A DNA stretch of 64,000 nucleotides from the NCBI GenBank assembly GCA_951406725.2, contig OX597815.1, forward strand, positions 109,802,001 through 109,866,000, read 5' to 3'. Numbering within the stretch: position 1 is the first letter of the stretch; every line of letters starts with the position of its first letter. The stretch is from Octopus vulgaris (lineage: Eukaryota). The notes beneath the pieces were generated by a model that saw only the letters and a program-made list of their open reading frames with translations, searched no databases and was not told where the DNA came from. Positions 52,488-64,000 of this stretch are shown one piece after another. The position numbers and the translations under genes are program-made.

Positions 52488-52821
52488 CACCAGCAAGCTG
52501 CATAGAAGCGAATAGTCGTTCGACGCCATTTTACCAAAGAGATACAATTACAATGTCGGGGTGTCATGCGTTGTGGTGGCTGTTCTGTTCCCGCCCAGGA
52601 AGCTGAGACTGTGAAAATAGCTGAACGTCTTAATTCCACAACTCGTGGAATATTACAATCGACGAACCAAAGAAGCAAAAAAAAAAATAAATAAATAAAA
52701 AAAAAACCCTTTACAAAATTTCACTTCTTTCAATTTGACCTGTATTTTTATTTTGAATTTTTATTTTAAAAGCAAAAAAAAATATTATTATTTATTGCAA
52801 CTTCAATGCCTTATTATTAAT

Positions 52822-52852
<31 letters not shown>

Positions 52853-52866
52853 TTATTATTATTATT

Positions 52867-52931
<65 letters not shown>

Positions 52932-53449
52932 TATTATTATTTAGTTTGGTTGTTGTTGTTGTAGTGTTGGTGGTAGTGGTTATTACTATTATCTTCATCA
53001 TCACTAACGCCATCATCATCATCATCAGTTTCATCATTGATAACAACATCATTATTACTTTTAAATAAAAGTTGTTTGTATTTTTTGCTCTAAATTTCTA
53101 TTATTATTTCTGCCGTATATAAAATGTTTTTTAAAATAAATTTTTAAGGCACATTTATTTACATTTATGTATTTATGTATATCTACTTTTATTTATTATT
53201 TCTTTTCTTTCTTACTTCTAACTTCAACTCTGTTTTTACCGCCATTATTCATCGCACATCTTCATTGATTTTTCTTTTCTATTTATCAAGTTTATTCATA
53301 TATTGATATTGATATCATTTTTGTTAATGCTGTTGTTAAGTCAGGTTTATTTTTCATTTATTATCATTGTCTTTTTAATCTCTCATAGCCTTTCTCCCTA
53401 GTATTTCTGTTCTTGCTCTTAATGTCTGCTATCTATCTATCTATCTATG

Positions 53450-53558
<109 letters not shown>

Positions 53559-54214
53559 GTCTGTCTGTCTGTCTGTCTATCTGTCTGTCTGTCTCTTATC
53601 TCTGTATGTATACTTTGCTATCTGTGTTTCTTATCGAGGTTTGTTTATGTCTGTCGATCTATCTACCCCGACTCGCTTTCTTTCCCTCTCTCAATCCCCC
53701 TCTCTCTCTCTTTCTCACACACACATGCTCCCTCTCCCCTCTCTCCCTCTTTCTCTCTCTCTCTTCAAAACTCACTATCTTCCTTAACTGCACTCACACA
53801 AATTCGTACACACTTTTATTCTACAGCTTTTCTTTATTTCTGTCTTTTCGATTCTCTCACACTTACTTTCTGTTGAGAACCTATCTTTGTGGCTCTTGTT
53901 GTAAAAGGCTGTTGCTGTCACTCATTCACGTACTTATTCAGTCCACTTCTTAGTACTTCATTTGTTTCACTTTCTCATGCCTAAATCATTGTATGCACGT
54001 CTTTAACTAACCACCACAACTTGACACAATGTCGCTCAGTTGGGTCCCCATTCTTGCTGTGTCTTCCCACCATGTGTCATGATAAAATCTATTACAATAA
54101 CGAAAGCGGATCAGTAGGGAATAACAGGCTGAAATACTCCTTACCACTGCTATTCAATCAATCAGAAACATTAATGATATTCTCAGTCACATTTCATGTT
54201 CTTTTATTTTATTC

Positions 54215-54450
54215 CTTTACTTGTTTCAGTTATTAGACTGCGGCCATACTGGGACATCGCCTTGAAGAATTTTAGATCCCTGAACTTATTATTTTTTGTA
54301 AAGCCTAGTGCTTATTCATTTTATCGCAAGGCTTTGGTTAGCCTGGGTCTATAGTAGAATTCACTTGCCCAAGGTACCACGCAGTGGGACTGAACCCGGA
54401 ACCATGTAGTTAGGAAAAAAACTTCTTACCACACAGCCCCACCCGCGCCT
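54215..54450 (-). mobile_element. SINE family A, internally deleted
   Basis: TTTACTTGTTTCAGT...GCGGCCATACTGG joined to GGCTTTGG...CACTTGCCCAAGG...ACCACACAGCC...CGCGCCT. Confidence 0.8.
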
Positions 54451-54972
54451 ATATAAAGAACATATAAATAGAAAGATGAATCGTCATCGGCATGAAACCA
54501 ATAACTACTTTCAACTTAGTGTTACTAAGTTTAAAACGTGAGTCTTAAGAAAGCTAAGCAGAAATAATTATATGATGAGAAAAAGACATGATCTCAATGA
54601 CTTTTTATAATTTTGGTTACACCTAGACGTACGAGAGAAACTCCGGATAATGTTTTGATCTCATTAGGTCTTATCGAAAAAAGGTAGAAATCTCTGCCGA
54701 CTTAGTGAAGTAGTGATGAAAGATTAATAATTTAATGGACAATTATATACATACACAAGCACGAAAATTAACGAATTTTAGAGAATAAATTTATAATATT
54801 CAAAGATTGCTTAATGAAGGTTTGGGGGGTTAATCTGTGTGTTAGTGAATATATATGTAATTATGTGTGTGCGTGAGTAAGTGTGCGTGTGTGTGCGCGT
54901 GTGTGGGATAGAGAATGTATGTGGTTGGGTGTGTGCGTGCGTGTGTGTGTGTGTGTGTATGAGTGTGCATGT

Positions 54973-55031
<59 letters not shown>

Positions 55032-55447
55032 TGTGTAATGAATAAAGAGACTTAAGCGGAGCAAGAGAGCGTGAGACAGAAAGCAAGAAAGAGAGAGATG
55101 ACACTGAAATAAATAAGAGACAATGAGAAGGGAAATAAGGACAAAAGATTCTGTGAAAGAGCAGAAAGTTGGTCGGGGAAATTAGTGAGTAAAAGATAAA
55201 ACTGAAGTAACAACAATAGCAACAACAAAACTGCAATATAAGAATACACTTGATAAAATAAAATAACGGCAATGATGAGCATGTCTGATGAAACGATTGT
55301 GGTACAAGCAAAGTAGTGGAATATATCAATAAGATAATTCTCTCAGGAACCCCACGCACTTAAAAAGTAATAGCTAAGTTTTGGGGTTTTAAAGTCTAAA
55401 ATTCAATTAATGTTCTGCAAGCAACTGACATGTGTTGAGTAATTTAT

Positions 55448-55660
55448 TGGTTTCAAATTTCGGTATAAGGCCAAACATTTCAGGGGAGGGGCTAAATCGA
55501 TTAAGTCAACTACTGGGCTCAAATGTTACTTATTTTATTAACCCCGAAAGGATAAAAAGCGAAGCCGACCCCGGTGGCATTTGGACCCAGTGCGTTATGA
55601 CGGACGAAATGACGCTTGGAATTTTGTCCGGAGTGCCAACGATTCAGCTAACTCACTGCC
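55448..55660 (-). mobile_element. SINE family B (MetaSINE-like), degenerate
   Basis: ACCCCGAAAGGATAAAAAGCGAAGCCGACCCCGG...GACGGACGAAAT...CAGCTAACTCACTGCC. Confidence 0.7.
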
Positions 55661-55924
55661 TTGGTGTTAGGTAATTTACTGGAAGAACTTATGCGTTCTA
55701 TTCCATAATCAATTCTTACGAACAGAGGATAAGTTGGGTTCCATAAAGAAATACTATGACTAAAATGGCCTTTAGTAATTGATCGCAAATTCCATTCTAT
55801 TGTTTTGCTAAGCAAAGCAAACGAAATTTTTACAAACACAACTTATTTCACTCTGCTTCTATCGAGTCAGAGTTTATTTTCCAACTTTTCCAGATTTGAC
55901 CATCTTGCCATTTATATGAACTGC

Positions 55925-56080
55925 ATAGGCTGTGTGGTAAAGCGCTTGCTTTCCAACTACATAGTTCCTGGTTCAATCCCACTCCATGGCACCATCGACA
56001 ATTGTCTTCTATTATAGCTTCGGGCCGACCAAAACCTTGTGAGAGAATTTGGTAGTGGGAAACTGGAAGAAGGCCGTCGT
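55925..56080 (+). mobile_element. SINE family A, 5' half
   Basis: GGCTGTGTGGTAAAGCGCTTGCTTTCC...GGTTCAATCCC...GGAAACTGGAAGAAGGCCGTCG. Confidence 0.8.
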
Positions 56081-56096
56081 GTGTGTGTGAGTGTGC

Positions 56097-56195
<99 letters not shown>

Positions 56196-56365
56196 AATCA
56201 AGGAACGGCCATAATAGGCCATTCACCCACTAGAAATAACAGCCAAAAGCTTTAACCGCAAAATAACATTAATACCGTAAACCAGGAGAAAATTGAAAAA
56301 CTTTTACCCTGTAAGGCCGCTGGTGGCAAAAGAATTCTACAAAATTTTTTTGCCACCCTATATTG

Positions 56366-56410
<45 letters not shown>

Positions 56411-56413
<3 letters not shown>

Positions 56414-56809
56414 TGTGTGGTAAGTAGCTTGCTTACTAACCACATGGTACCGGGTTTAGTCCCACTGCGTGGCACCTTGGGCAAGTGTCTTCTACTATGG
56501 CCTCGGGCCGACCAAAGCCTTGTGAGTGGATTTACTAGACGGAAACTGAAAGAAGCCTGTTGTATATATGTATATATATATGTGTGTGTGTGTGTGTGTA
56601 TCTTTGTGTCTGTGTTTGTCCCCCCAACATCGCTTGACAACTGATGCTGGTGTGTTTACATCCCCGTAACTTAACGTTTCGGCAAAAGAGACAGATAGAA
56701 TAAGTACTAGGCTTACAAATAATAAGTCCTGAGTTCGATTTGCTCGGCTAAAGGCGGTGCTCCAGCATGGCCACAGTCAAATGGGTGAAATAAGTAAAAG
56801 AGTTAAAGA

Positions 56810-56810
<1 letters not shown>
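56411..56810 (+). mobile_element. SINE family A, near full length, inside (TA)n
   Basis: Collinear with 37312-37770; (TA)n on both flanks. Confidence 0.9.
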
Positions 56811-56858
<48 letters not shown>

Positions 56859-57548
56859 AGACCATATCAACAAGGATATTCCTGGCTATCATTGTCTCTA
56901 ACATATAAACTAATATAATTTGTCATGGTTAAACTCATCTACGTGTTGAAAACCGCCTCGTATGTATGTACGTATGTATGTATAAACAATCATAAAACCT
57001 GGAGAGAATGTTCGGAAATTATTTATTTATAGCATTTGTACCCTTATTTCATTCTGCATCGCATGACGGATTACATAAGATTTTCTTTATGTATCACTCG
57101 ATTACCACAATGTTAGAAATTGCTATTCCAAATGCAACCGTTAGGAGAAAATTGGATGTCTACACTGTGAAAAGTAGCGACATACGTCTCTTTTTTTTAA
57201 ATCTCCAAAGGTATCAAAGAAGCGAGGGATAAGCAAAATCTTTATACGTTTTGCTGATAAAGATATCATTAACAGGGGAAGCAGTATGTAAAGATATTTA
57301 TAGCTGTAGTGACGCTTGTGTGAAGGAAGACATGTTTACATACAGAGACACACACAACTGACGGTCTCGTACGTAATATACACATACATGCACGCATACA
57401 TACATGCACGCATACATACATACATACATACATACATACATACATACATGCATGAATGCATGCATACATACATACATACATACATACATACATACATACA
57501 TACATGCATGCATGCATGCATGCATGCATACATACATACATACATACA

Positions 57549-57582
<34 letters not shown>

Positions 57583-57659
57583 CATACATACATACATACA
57601 TACATACATACATGGGCAAATCGAAAATGAAAAAGCAACAAAACTCAAAAGGATATTCA

Positions 57660-57815
57660 CGGTAAACCTATTAGGTTGACCCTGAGTTTAAGATGGGAAA
57701 AAGAGGGGTGAGTAACGTTTCGAGCATGGCTCTTCGTCAAAAAGAGGAAATTGGGAAGATGCAAAGAGAAGGAAAATATAGTACAGGAAAAACACGTGTG
57801 AGGTTACATAGACTG
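57660..57815 (-). mobile_element. Diverged relative of family H1 (hammerhead-like core UUGACGA-A-GAGC CAU GCUC-GAAACGUU)
   Basis: 57710-57745 aligns to the H1 motif; C3 is changed to U and helix I is lost. Confidence 0.55.
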
Positions 57816-58256
57816 CATACAATCTGAAATGAGAATGGATACATTGCGCGTATACGCTAAAGTGAGAGCACCAACATACTCGGAGTTGCAGAAGATATAT
57901 TGAGCAAGTACTATGAGAATACAACTGTATAACGGGACCCAAAGGAAGCTGGACTGGCCTATCTAAGCATACCTTTGGAGGCGCAGCAGGCATTATACCA
58001 GGAAAAAGCATCGTGTGAGTATATATCTTGTAAGCTAGAGGATAACAGCAGTATTGAGAGGAAATGTAACGGCTCCTGAACATGTGATACATACATTACA
58101 TCCCACCAAGATGGATATGGCTTCACTATCCAGGGACAGGAAATAGTTACTGAATAACTGATGAAAGGGAGAGACAGAGATACCACAAAACCTCCACGTT
58201 GTGACAGAAAAAACCTTCTTATATACATAGAGATATATTTCTATACATACACACAT

Positions 58257-58297
<41 letters not shown>

Positions 58298-59022
58298 TAC
58301 ATTCTTCATTCTTTCTGGTTTTCTCTACCACCCCTTCCTTTTCTTCTAGCCTTACTGTCCCTCTCTATCTCATTCTTCATTCTTTCTGGTTTTCTCTACA
58401 ACCCTTCCCTTTTTTTCTCTCCCTTTCTCTTACTCCTCCTCCTCCCTCCCGTCGCTGACACGTGACCAGAGGGCCACTGCCTTTCTGACTACTGCTTCCA
58501 ACAAGTGTAAGACGGCCTTCTCTGTTCCTCTCAAGCCATTCTCAAAGCGTTCAAAATTATTTTTCCTTCGTTCAGGATTAACAACCCTCAATGTTTGTGT
58601 TACTGTTATTCACCTTATCCTGTCTTTTACTGTTTTTATTTGTATTGTTTTTACTGTCCTGCTTTTGTTACCACTTTTACCCCTCCGCAAAAAATCTCAA
58701 ATTTTATTTAATTTGCTTTGCGGGAAGGACTATTTCAACGAATTTGTGTCTCGCCTTTACCTTCGAAACACGGTGTAGACAAAGTAGAGGCGGCTGAAGA
58801 AGGGTAATTTCCCTTGTGCTGTATGTTTTGTACTCTGTTTTTTTCGTTGTTTAAAAAAATGTTCGTTTCCTTGGTTTTATTTTTATGTTTCCGTTTCTCA
58901 TTGTTTTCGGCGTTTTTTTTTTTTTGGTGCCCTGTACCCATATATGCATGTATATATACATATAGATGTAGGTACGTACATATATGTATGTATATATGCA
59001 TATGTTTTATTTATTATTTTGT

Positions 59023-59064
<42 letters not shown>

Positions 59065-59319
59065 CCAAGAGAGTTAGAGATTGTGAATCCAACCAACTAA
59101 GGGATAATATATATCCAATATACTGCTGGTAGAATACCCAATTATTAATACACAAGTGTTTTTTCATTGCATGGTAATTACTGTATGTAATAAATGTAAT
59201 AAATGGGTGAGGGCAAAAAGTTGTTTTACTCTTAATTTATACAGCAATAAGAAAATGGAGGGGATCAAGAGGTGGCGTTCATCAACTTTCAGACGTTATA
59301 TTATGTCTAATAAAATAAT

Positions 59320-59562
59320 AAATGCGCCCTTTTAAAGCCTAGCTAGGCTCATGGGCCCGGTTTCAGTGACGTATGTGTTCCACAGCTGGACGAAATGCCA
59401 GTCTATCGCAGCGTTACTCATTTTTGCCAGTTGAGTGGACTGGAGCAACGTGAAATGAAGTGTTTTACTCAAGAACACAACGCGTCGCCCGGTCCAGGAA
59501 TCGAAACCACAATCTTACGATCATGGTGCTGACACCCTAACCACTAAGCCACGCGCCTCCAC
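59320..59562 (-). mobile_element. Well-preserved tRNA-derived SINE family C
   Basis: Minus strand: GTGGAGGCGCGTGGCTTAGTGGTTAGG (A-box-like), GGTTTCGATTCCTGG (B-box-like), body GTTGTGTTCTTGAGTAAAACACTT...CTGCGATAGACTGGC. Confidence 0.88.
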
Positions 59563-59767
59563 ATATTATCTTTATTTATATATTTAAAAAAAAACAATTA
59601 TAGCAATATATACATGCATAACATATGCTCTACATATATAATATATAAAATAAAGTTATACATGTATATATTGTTTATAATTGTTTTGTTTTTAAATAAA
59701 TAAATTGAAATAATATAATATCTAAAAGTTGATGAGTACCACCTCTAGATCCCCTCCATTTTCTTAT

Positions 59768-59813
<46 letters not shown>

Positions 59814-59846
59814 GTATGTATGTATGTATGTATGTATGTATGTATG

Positions 59847-59881
<35 letters not shown>

Positions 59882-59963
59882 GTAAAGAGAAAGAGAGAGA
59901 GAGAGAAAGATAGATACATAGATAGATATACCTATACGTGTGTGTATGCGTACATGTGCCTAA

Positions 59964-60034
<71 letters not shown>

Positions 60035-60579
60035 TGTATATATGTATGTATGCGCGTGTGTGTGCACGTGCGCAAATTTGTATGTATGCTGTGTGTATGT
60101 GAGAGCATGTGAGTACTGCAGAAAATGTGGTACTATAGATATTAAAGAAATATCCAAATAGAAAAAAAAAATGATTTAATAAAAAAAAAAACACATACGA
60201 AAACGAAGAAAAAGAAGCAGACTTCTTTTTTTATATATAAGAAGAAACAAAATATATAGAAATAAAATACAATACAAATATAGAAAAGAGATATTTGGTA
60301 CCCTTATTGATTTCAGGGGCAATATGAAATGGCAGAAAATTCCCAAGGGGCAATAGATAGATGGGTGTACAGAAAATTTGCAACAATAGATACATTATAT
60401 GGTAAAGAGGCACATTGTTTGGAACATGGAGTTTTGTCAAGGGAGACAAATATCACTTCCGCCAACATGCAGTAACAGACGGGACACGCAGTGACAACGA
60501 AAACGACATCGACAAACGTGACGATAGCCTCGACAGCAGGAAAAACATCGATAACTATTGCTTGAATCGAATAGAGCTA

Positions 60580-60665
60580 ACTAGAAGGACCATCTACTTG
60601 GTCCTACGACCTGCTAGAAATAGCAATCAAATCTTCTTTCAATCACACTCAAGCGTTGGATACAA
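60580..60665 (+). repeat. Dispersed repeat family GACCTGCTAGAAATAGCA...AATC
   Basis: Related segments at ~20975, ~44650 and ~56225 (plus) and ~12275-12325 (minus). Class not determined. Confidence 0.5.
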
Positions 60666-60937
60666 TTAAAACATTTTAATTATGATTTACAAATCAACGC
60701 GATGGGCACAACTGGAATCTTCTTCCTTTTTTAAGTTTGTTATATCAGGGCTTGTCTCCCACCCCTACCCGGGCCTAAATAACTATTTCAATAAAAAAAG
60801 AGCACTAGAATTACAGCAAAATAAAATATGCAAATTTTAATGAATGTTTACACACACACACATATACACACACACATACACACACACATATACACACACA
60901 CATACACACACATATATACACACACACATACATACAC

Positions 60938-62215
60938 AAGTAATGCTTGTTTTTTGAATAAAGAAAACAAGTGATCAAATGTTATGTTTAATTGAAATTA
61001 ACTGAAGTTTAATTGAAATTTAATCATCAATGTACTTTCCCTGCTTATCTATGACTTCCTTCCATCTATTTACAAGCTTTTTAATTCCATCAATGTAAAA
61101 CTCTTTTGGTTTCAAAGCGAAGAACTCTGAAATGTCAGTTTCGACCTCCTCCTGGCTTACGGAAGTTATGTCCCCCAAATTATTCTGTAAACTACGAAAC
61201 AAATGGTAGTCTGAAGGAGCAAAGTCGAGAGAATAATGTGGATGAGGAATTTTTTCCCAATCAAGCTCTTCGATCTTCTGTGATGTGATATTTACAGTGT
61301 AATGGGGTCACACAATGCCCTGATGAAACATCACTCCTTTTCGATTCACTAAAGCGGGTCGTTTTTTCTTCAAAGCTTGGTAATTGCTGAAAGTAGACTT
61401 GAGCATTGATTGTTGCGTTAGGTGGTAACAATTCAAAGTGAATTACTCCTTTGCAATCCCACCAGATAGAGAGAAGAACCATTTTTCCATGAAGTTCCCT
61501 TCTCGGTTGTGGATGAGTTTTTTTCCCTTTTGCCAAGTTACTGTTTACGACGTTTACCATTTTGATAGAAGATCCAATTTTCGTCACCAGTCACAAGTCT
61601 ATGCAAAAAGGGTGAAATGAGTTTGCGAGAGTGGAAAGAAGAGCAGATGCCAACTCGGGATTTACGGTTGCTTTCGGACAATACACGAGGCATCCATTTT
61701 CCAAGTTTAGAAACCTTTCCAAGTTGTTGAAGATGACGATGAACAATTGTATAGTTTGAACTAAGCTTTATTGCCAATTTTGCAAAAATTTCTTCAAGTA
61801 ATGCCTCAAAGATCTTATCATCAAACTCAATTGGACGTCCTGTTCGATCATTATCTTCAAGGGTGAAATTTCCACTTCTGAATTTTGGAAACTATCTTCT
61901 GCAAGTTCTTTCAGTCAATCATTCTTTCCCATAAACTGAGTGTATGTTTCGGGTGCTTCGGCTGCAGAGTTTCCTTTTTTTGGTACTCAAAAAGCATTAT
62001 GTGCCTTAAATGCTCTTTGGATACTTCCATGTTAGAGAGGGTTTTAATCAAAGAAATTTTAATTCTATTATTCTGTAAAATAATATTTAACTAGTTTAAA
62101 TGTACACAAATGCATAAAAATAATTTTTAATTCCATTAGACATTCTAAAATACTATTAAATTTCATTCAATTTTAAAAAAGGTAAAATCGGACAGAACTT
62201 ATGGGATGACCTGAT
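60938..62215 (-). mobile_element. Defective mariner transposon
   Basis: TIR-like end ATCAGGTCATCCCATAAGTTCTGTCCG (reverse complement of ~62189-62215); transposase remnant inside; matching TIR not seen at the other end. Confidence 0.9.
61020..62030 (-). pseudogene. Mariner (DD34D) transposase pseudogene
   Basis: MEVSKEHLRHIMLFEY start at 62030; GKWMPRVLS (WVPHEL-like), LVTGDENWIFY, KMVLLSIWWDCKG, YSLDFAPSDYHLFRSLQN (YSPDLAPSD-like); several frameshifts. Confidence 0.92.
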
Positions 62216-63216
62216 GTATACATACGCATGCATAAATGTGTGTTTGTGGGTATGTGTATAAAAACGAAGGGGAAATAGGGATTAATGCGAGATTTGATCC
62301 AATATTTTAGAGACAATATCATATTTAAATTAAGTGATAATTGTCAAAGTTCTTAATTGCTGGAATTATAGAATATTTCTGTTCCTTTCTCTAGGCGTCA
62401 ATTCCTTCTCTCTATTTATTATGTCAAGTGTTTTATTTTAAATCCCTTTCCTTATATTTCCATGCTCATCTTTATTTTCATTTTTATTTTATTGCCCTTT
62501 TATTTTGTTGTTTTTGTTTTGTTTTGATTTCATTTTTTATTTTGTTTTGTTTTCATCTTCACTTTGTTCTTACATAATTTACTCTACAATCTTCTTTAGA
62601 AATTATACCTCATCACTACTGTTGCAGTTTTAACAAACGTCCTGTGATTTAGGATTAGATAATAGTCTTGGTCTCATTGTTACTTTACTTTTTATAGTTC
62701 AGTTCTAATTCCTGATTAGTAGTTTTGACCATTACTGTTAACTAGTTATAATTATATGAATTCGTGACAAATATATAAATTTTGGTTCTTTAGGTTTGAA
62801 ATGATAGTTGTCTTTTGGTTTGTATATTTGCATATACTTTCCCTGACATTTTTTCCAAAATATAGTAGTAATCGCTAACAGCCTGCCACTGACCATAAAT
62901 GTATTAAATTTCTTTACTGGATGCCAGTAATTTTCACTCATAGTAAGAACCAACAATGGCTTAAGACTGATGGCTAAAAATAAATAAAAAATACCACGTT
63001 GACCAAATTCTTTCCTATCTCCTTTCTTCTTTTCCTTTGGCACTAGATTTGATTTCGCTCTGAAGAAGATACTTTTGGGCTACTGGTTCCCCATATTTTC
63101 TGTCAGTCGATCAATCGATCGAATGATGAAATTGAAGCATGATCGCGCCCAAACGCATGAAACACCTGTATGCCTGTGACAAATATATGAATGAATATAA
63201 CTCCTTATTTCTCTCT

Positions 63217-63267
<51 letters not shown>

Positions 63268-63607
63268 GTACACATCTCTCGTTTCTGCTCGAGAGAAACA
63301 CTTCGTTTAACCGGACGTCGTTACTTGATTGATATTAAACTAAATTTTACCGAGTTTGGAAGAATGAAGCAGAAAGTCAAAAGCTAGCCATTGGGTGATG
63401 GTTGGTTTTGAACTTGGAACATAAAAAGATGCATTGAAATACTGCAAGACATTTTGGTGCACTCTCCACCGATCCTTTTATCCCCTGCCCTGAATTTACA
63501 AGGTGCGGAGCCGAGCCTGACTACAAAATATATTGTCTCCTATTCTTTACTACACCTTCTAGGATAGTTTTGATACACTTCTATTGACTTTATTATGATG
63601 GCAAAGA

Positions 63608-63805
63608 AGGTGGTGAGCTGGTAGAAATGTTAGTGCGTCAGAGGAAATGCTTAGCATCAGTTCTTCATATTTCGCCAATGTCTACTTTGTTTTTCATCCT
63701 TCCGAGATCTATAAAGTAAAGTACAAGTCATGTACTAGGCTGGATGTAATCAACTATACCTCCTGCCACTAAAAACTGCTGGCCTTCTGCCAAAGTTTGA
63801 AATTA
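63608..63805 (+). mobile_element. SINE family B, degenerate (further fragments at ~63300-63480 minus and ~63820-63990)
   Basis: GGTGGTGAGCTGGTAGAAATGTTAG...GTCTACTTTGTTTTTCATCCTTCCG. Confidence 0.7.
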
Positions 63806-64000
63806 TTATGATGACAACAAATTAATGGCTAGCTTCTCGGAGAAAAAGCCTTCTTGTTTGTTATGCTCTGAGTTTAATTCTTGCCAAAGTTCACTTCAGA
63901 AGCAATAAAATAATGCACAAGTCAAGTATCTTGTTTGATGTAATGTATTAACCTGGTCACCAAAAATAGCAAACTTTGTCCCTAAATTAGTTGACAATAT

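Noticed and set aside
59495-59562. tRNA gene calls for SINE heads (also 21660, 37300, 56411)
   Set aside because: They have A/B-box-like motifs but no complete cloverleaf or acceptor stem, and they continue into shared SINE bodies.

Overview
Eukaryotic, AT-rich, repeat-saturated non-coding DNA. The SINE families and the extreme density of (TA)n/(TACA)n/(GATA)n/trinucleotide repeats suggest a cephalopod (Octopus-like) genome; this is an inference from recognition and has not been searched. I can support no intact host protein-coding gene, and nearly all ORFs in the track are microsatellite translations. The recognisable content is decayed mobile DNA: a CR1/L2-group LINE, a Tx1/L1-type 3' fragment, an RLE-type LINE 3' end, a Penelope-like element (PLE) with an inverted pseudo-LTR, a mariner relic, three tRNA-derived SINE families, a MITE family with GGATCTTT termini and 8-bp TSDs, and a foldback element. 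The main signal is a set of type-I hammerhead ribozyme (HHR) motifs with palindromic helix III in several unrelated short non-coding PLE/retrozyme-like repeats, most of which abut (TA)n. All nine copies that keep both core halves (five with canonical CUGANGA, four with variant cores) lie on the minus strand, while the plus-strand copies I found are broken. This may reflect selection against self-cleavage of a plus-strand transcript. All folds and alignments were done by eye.
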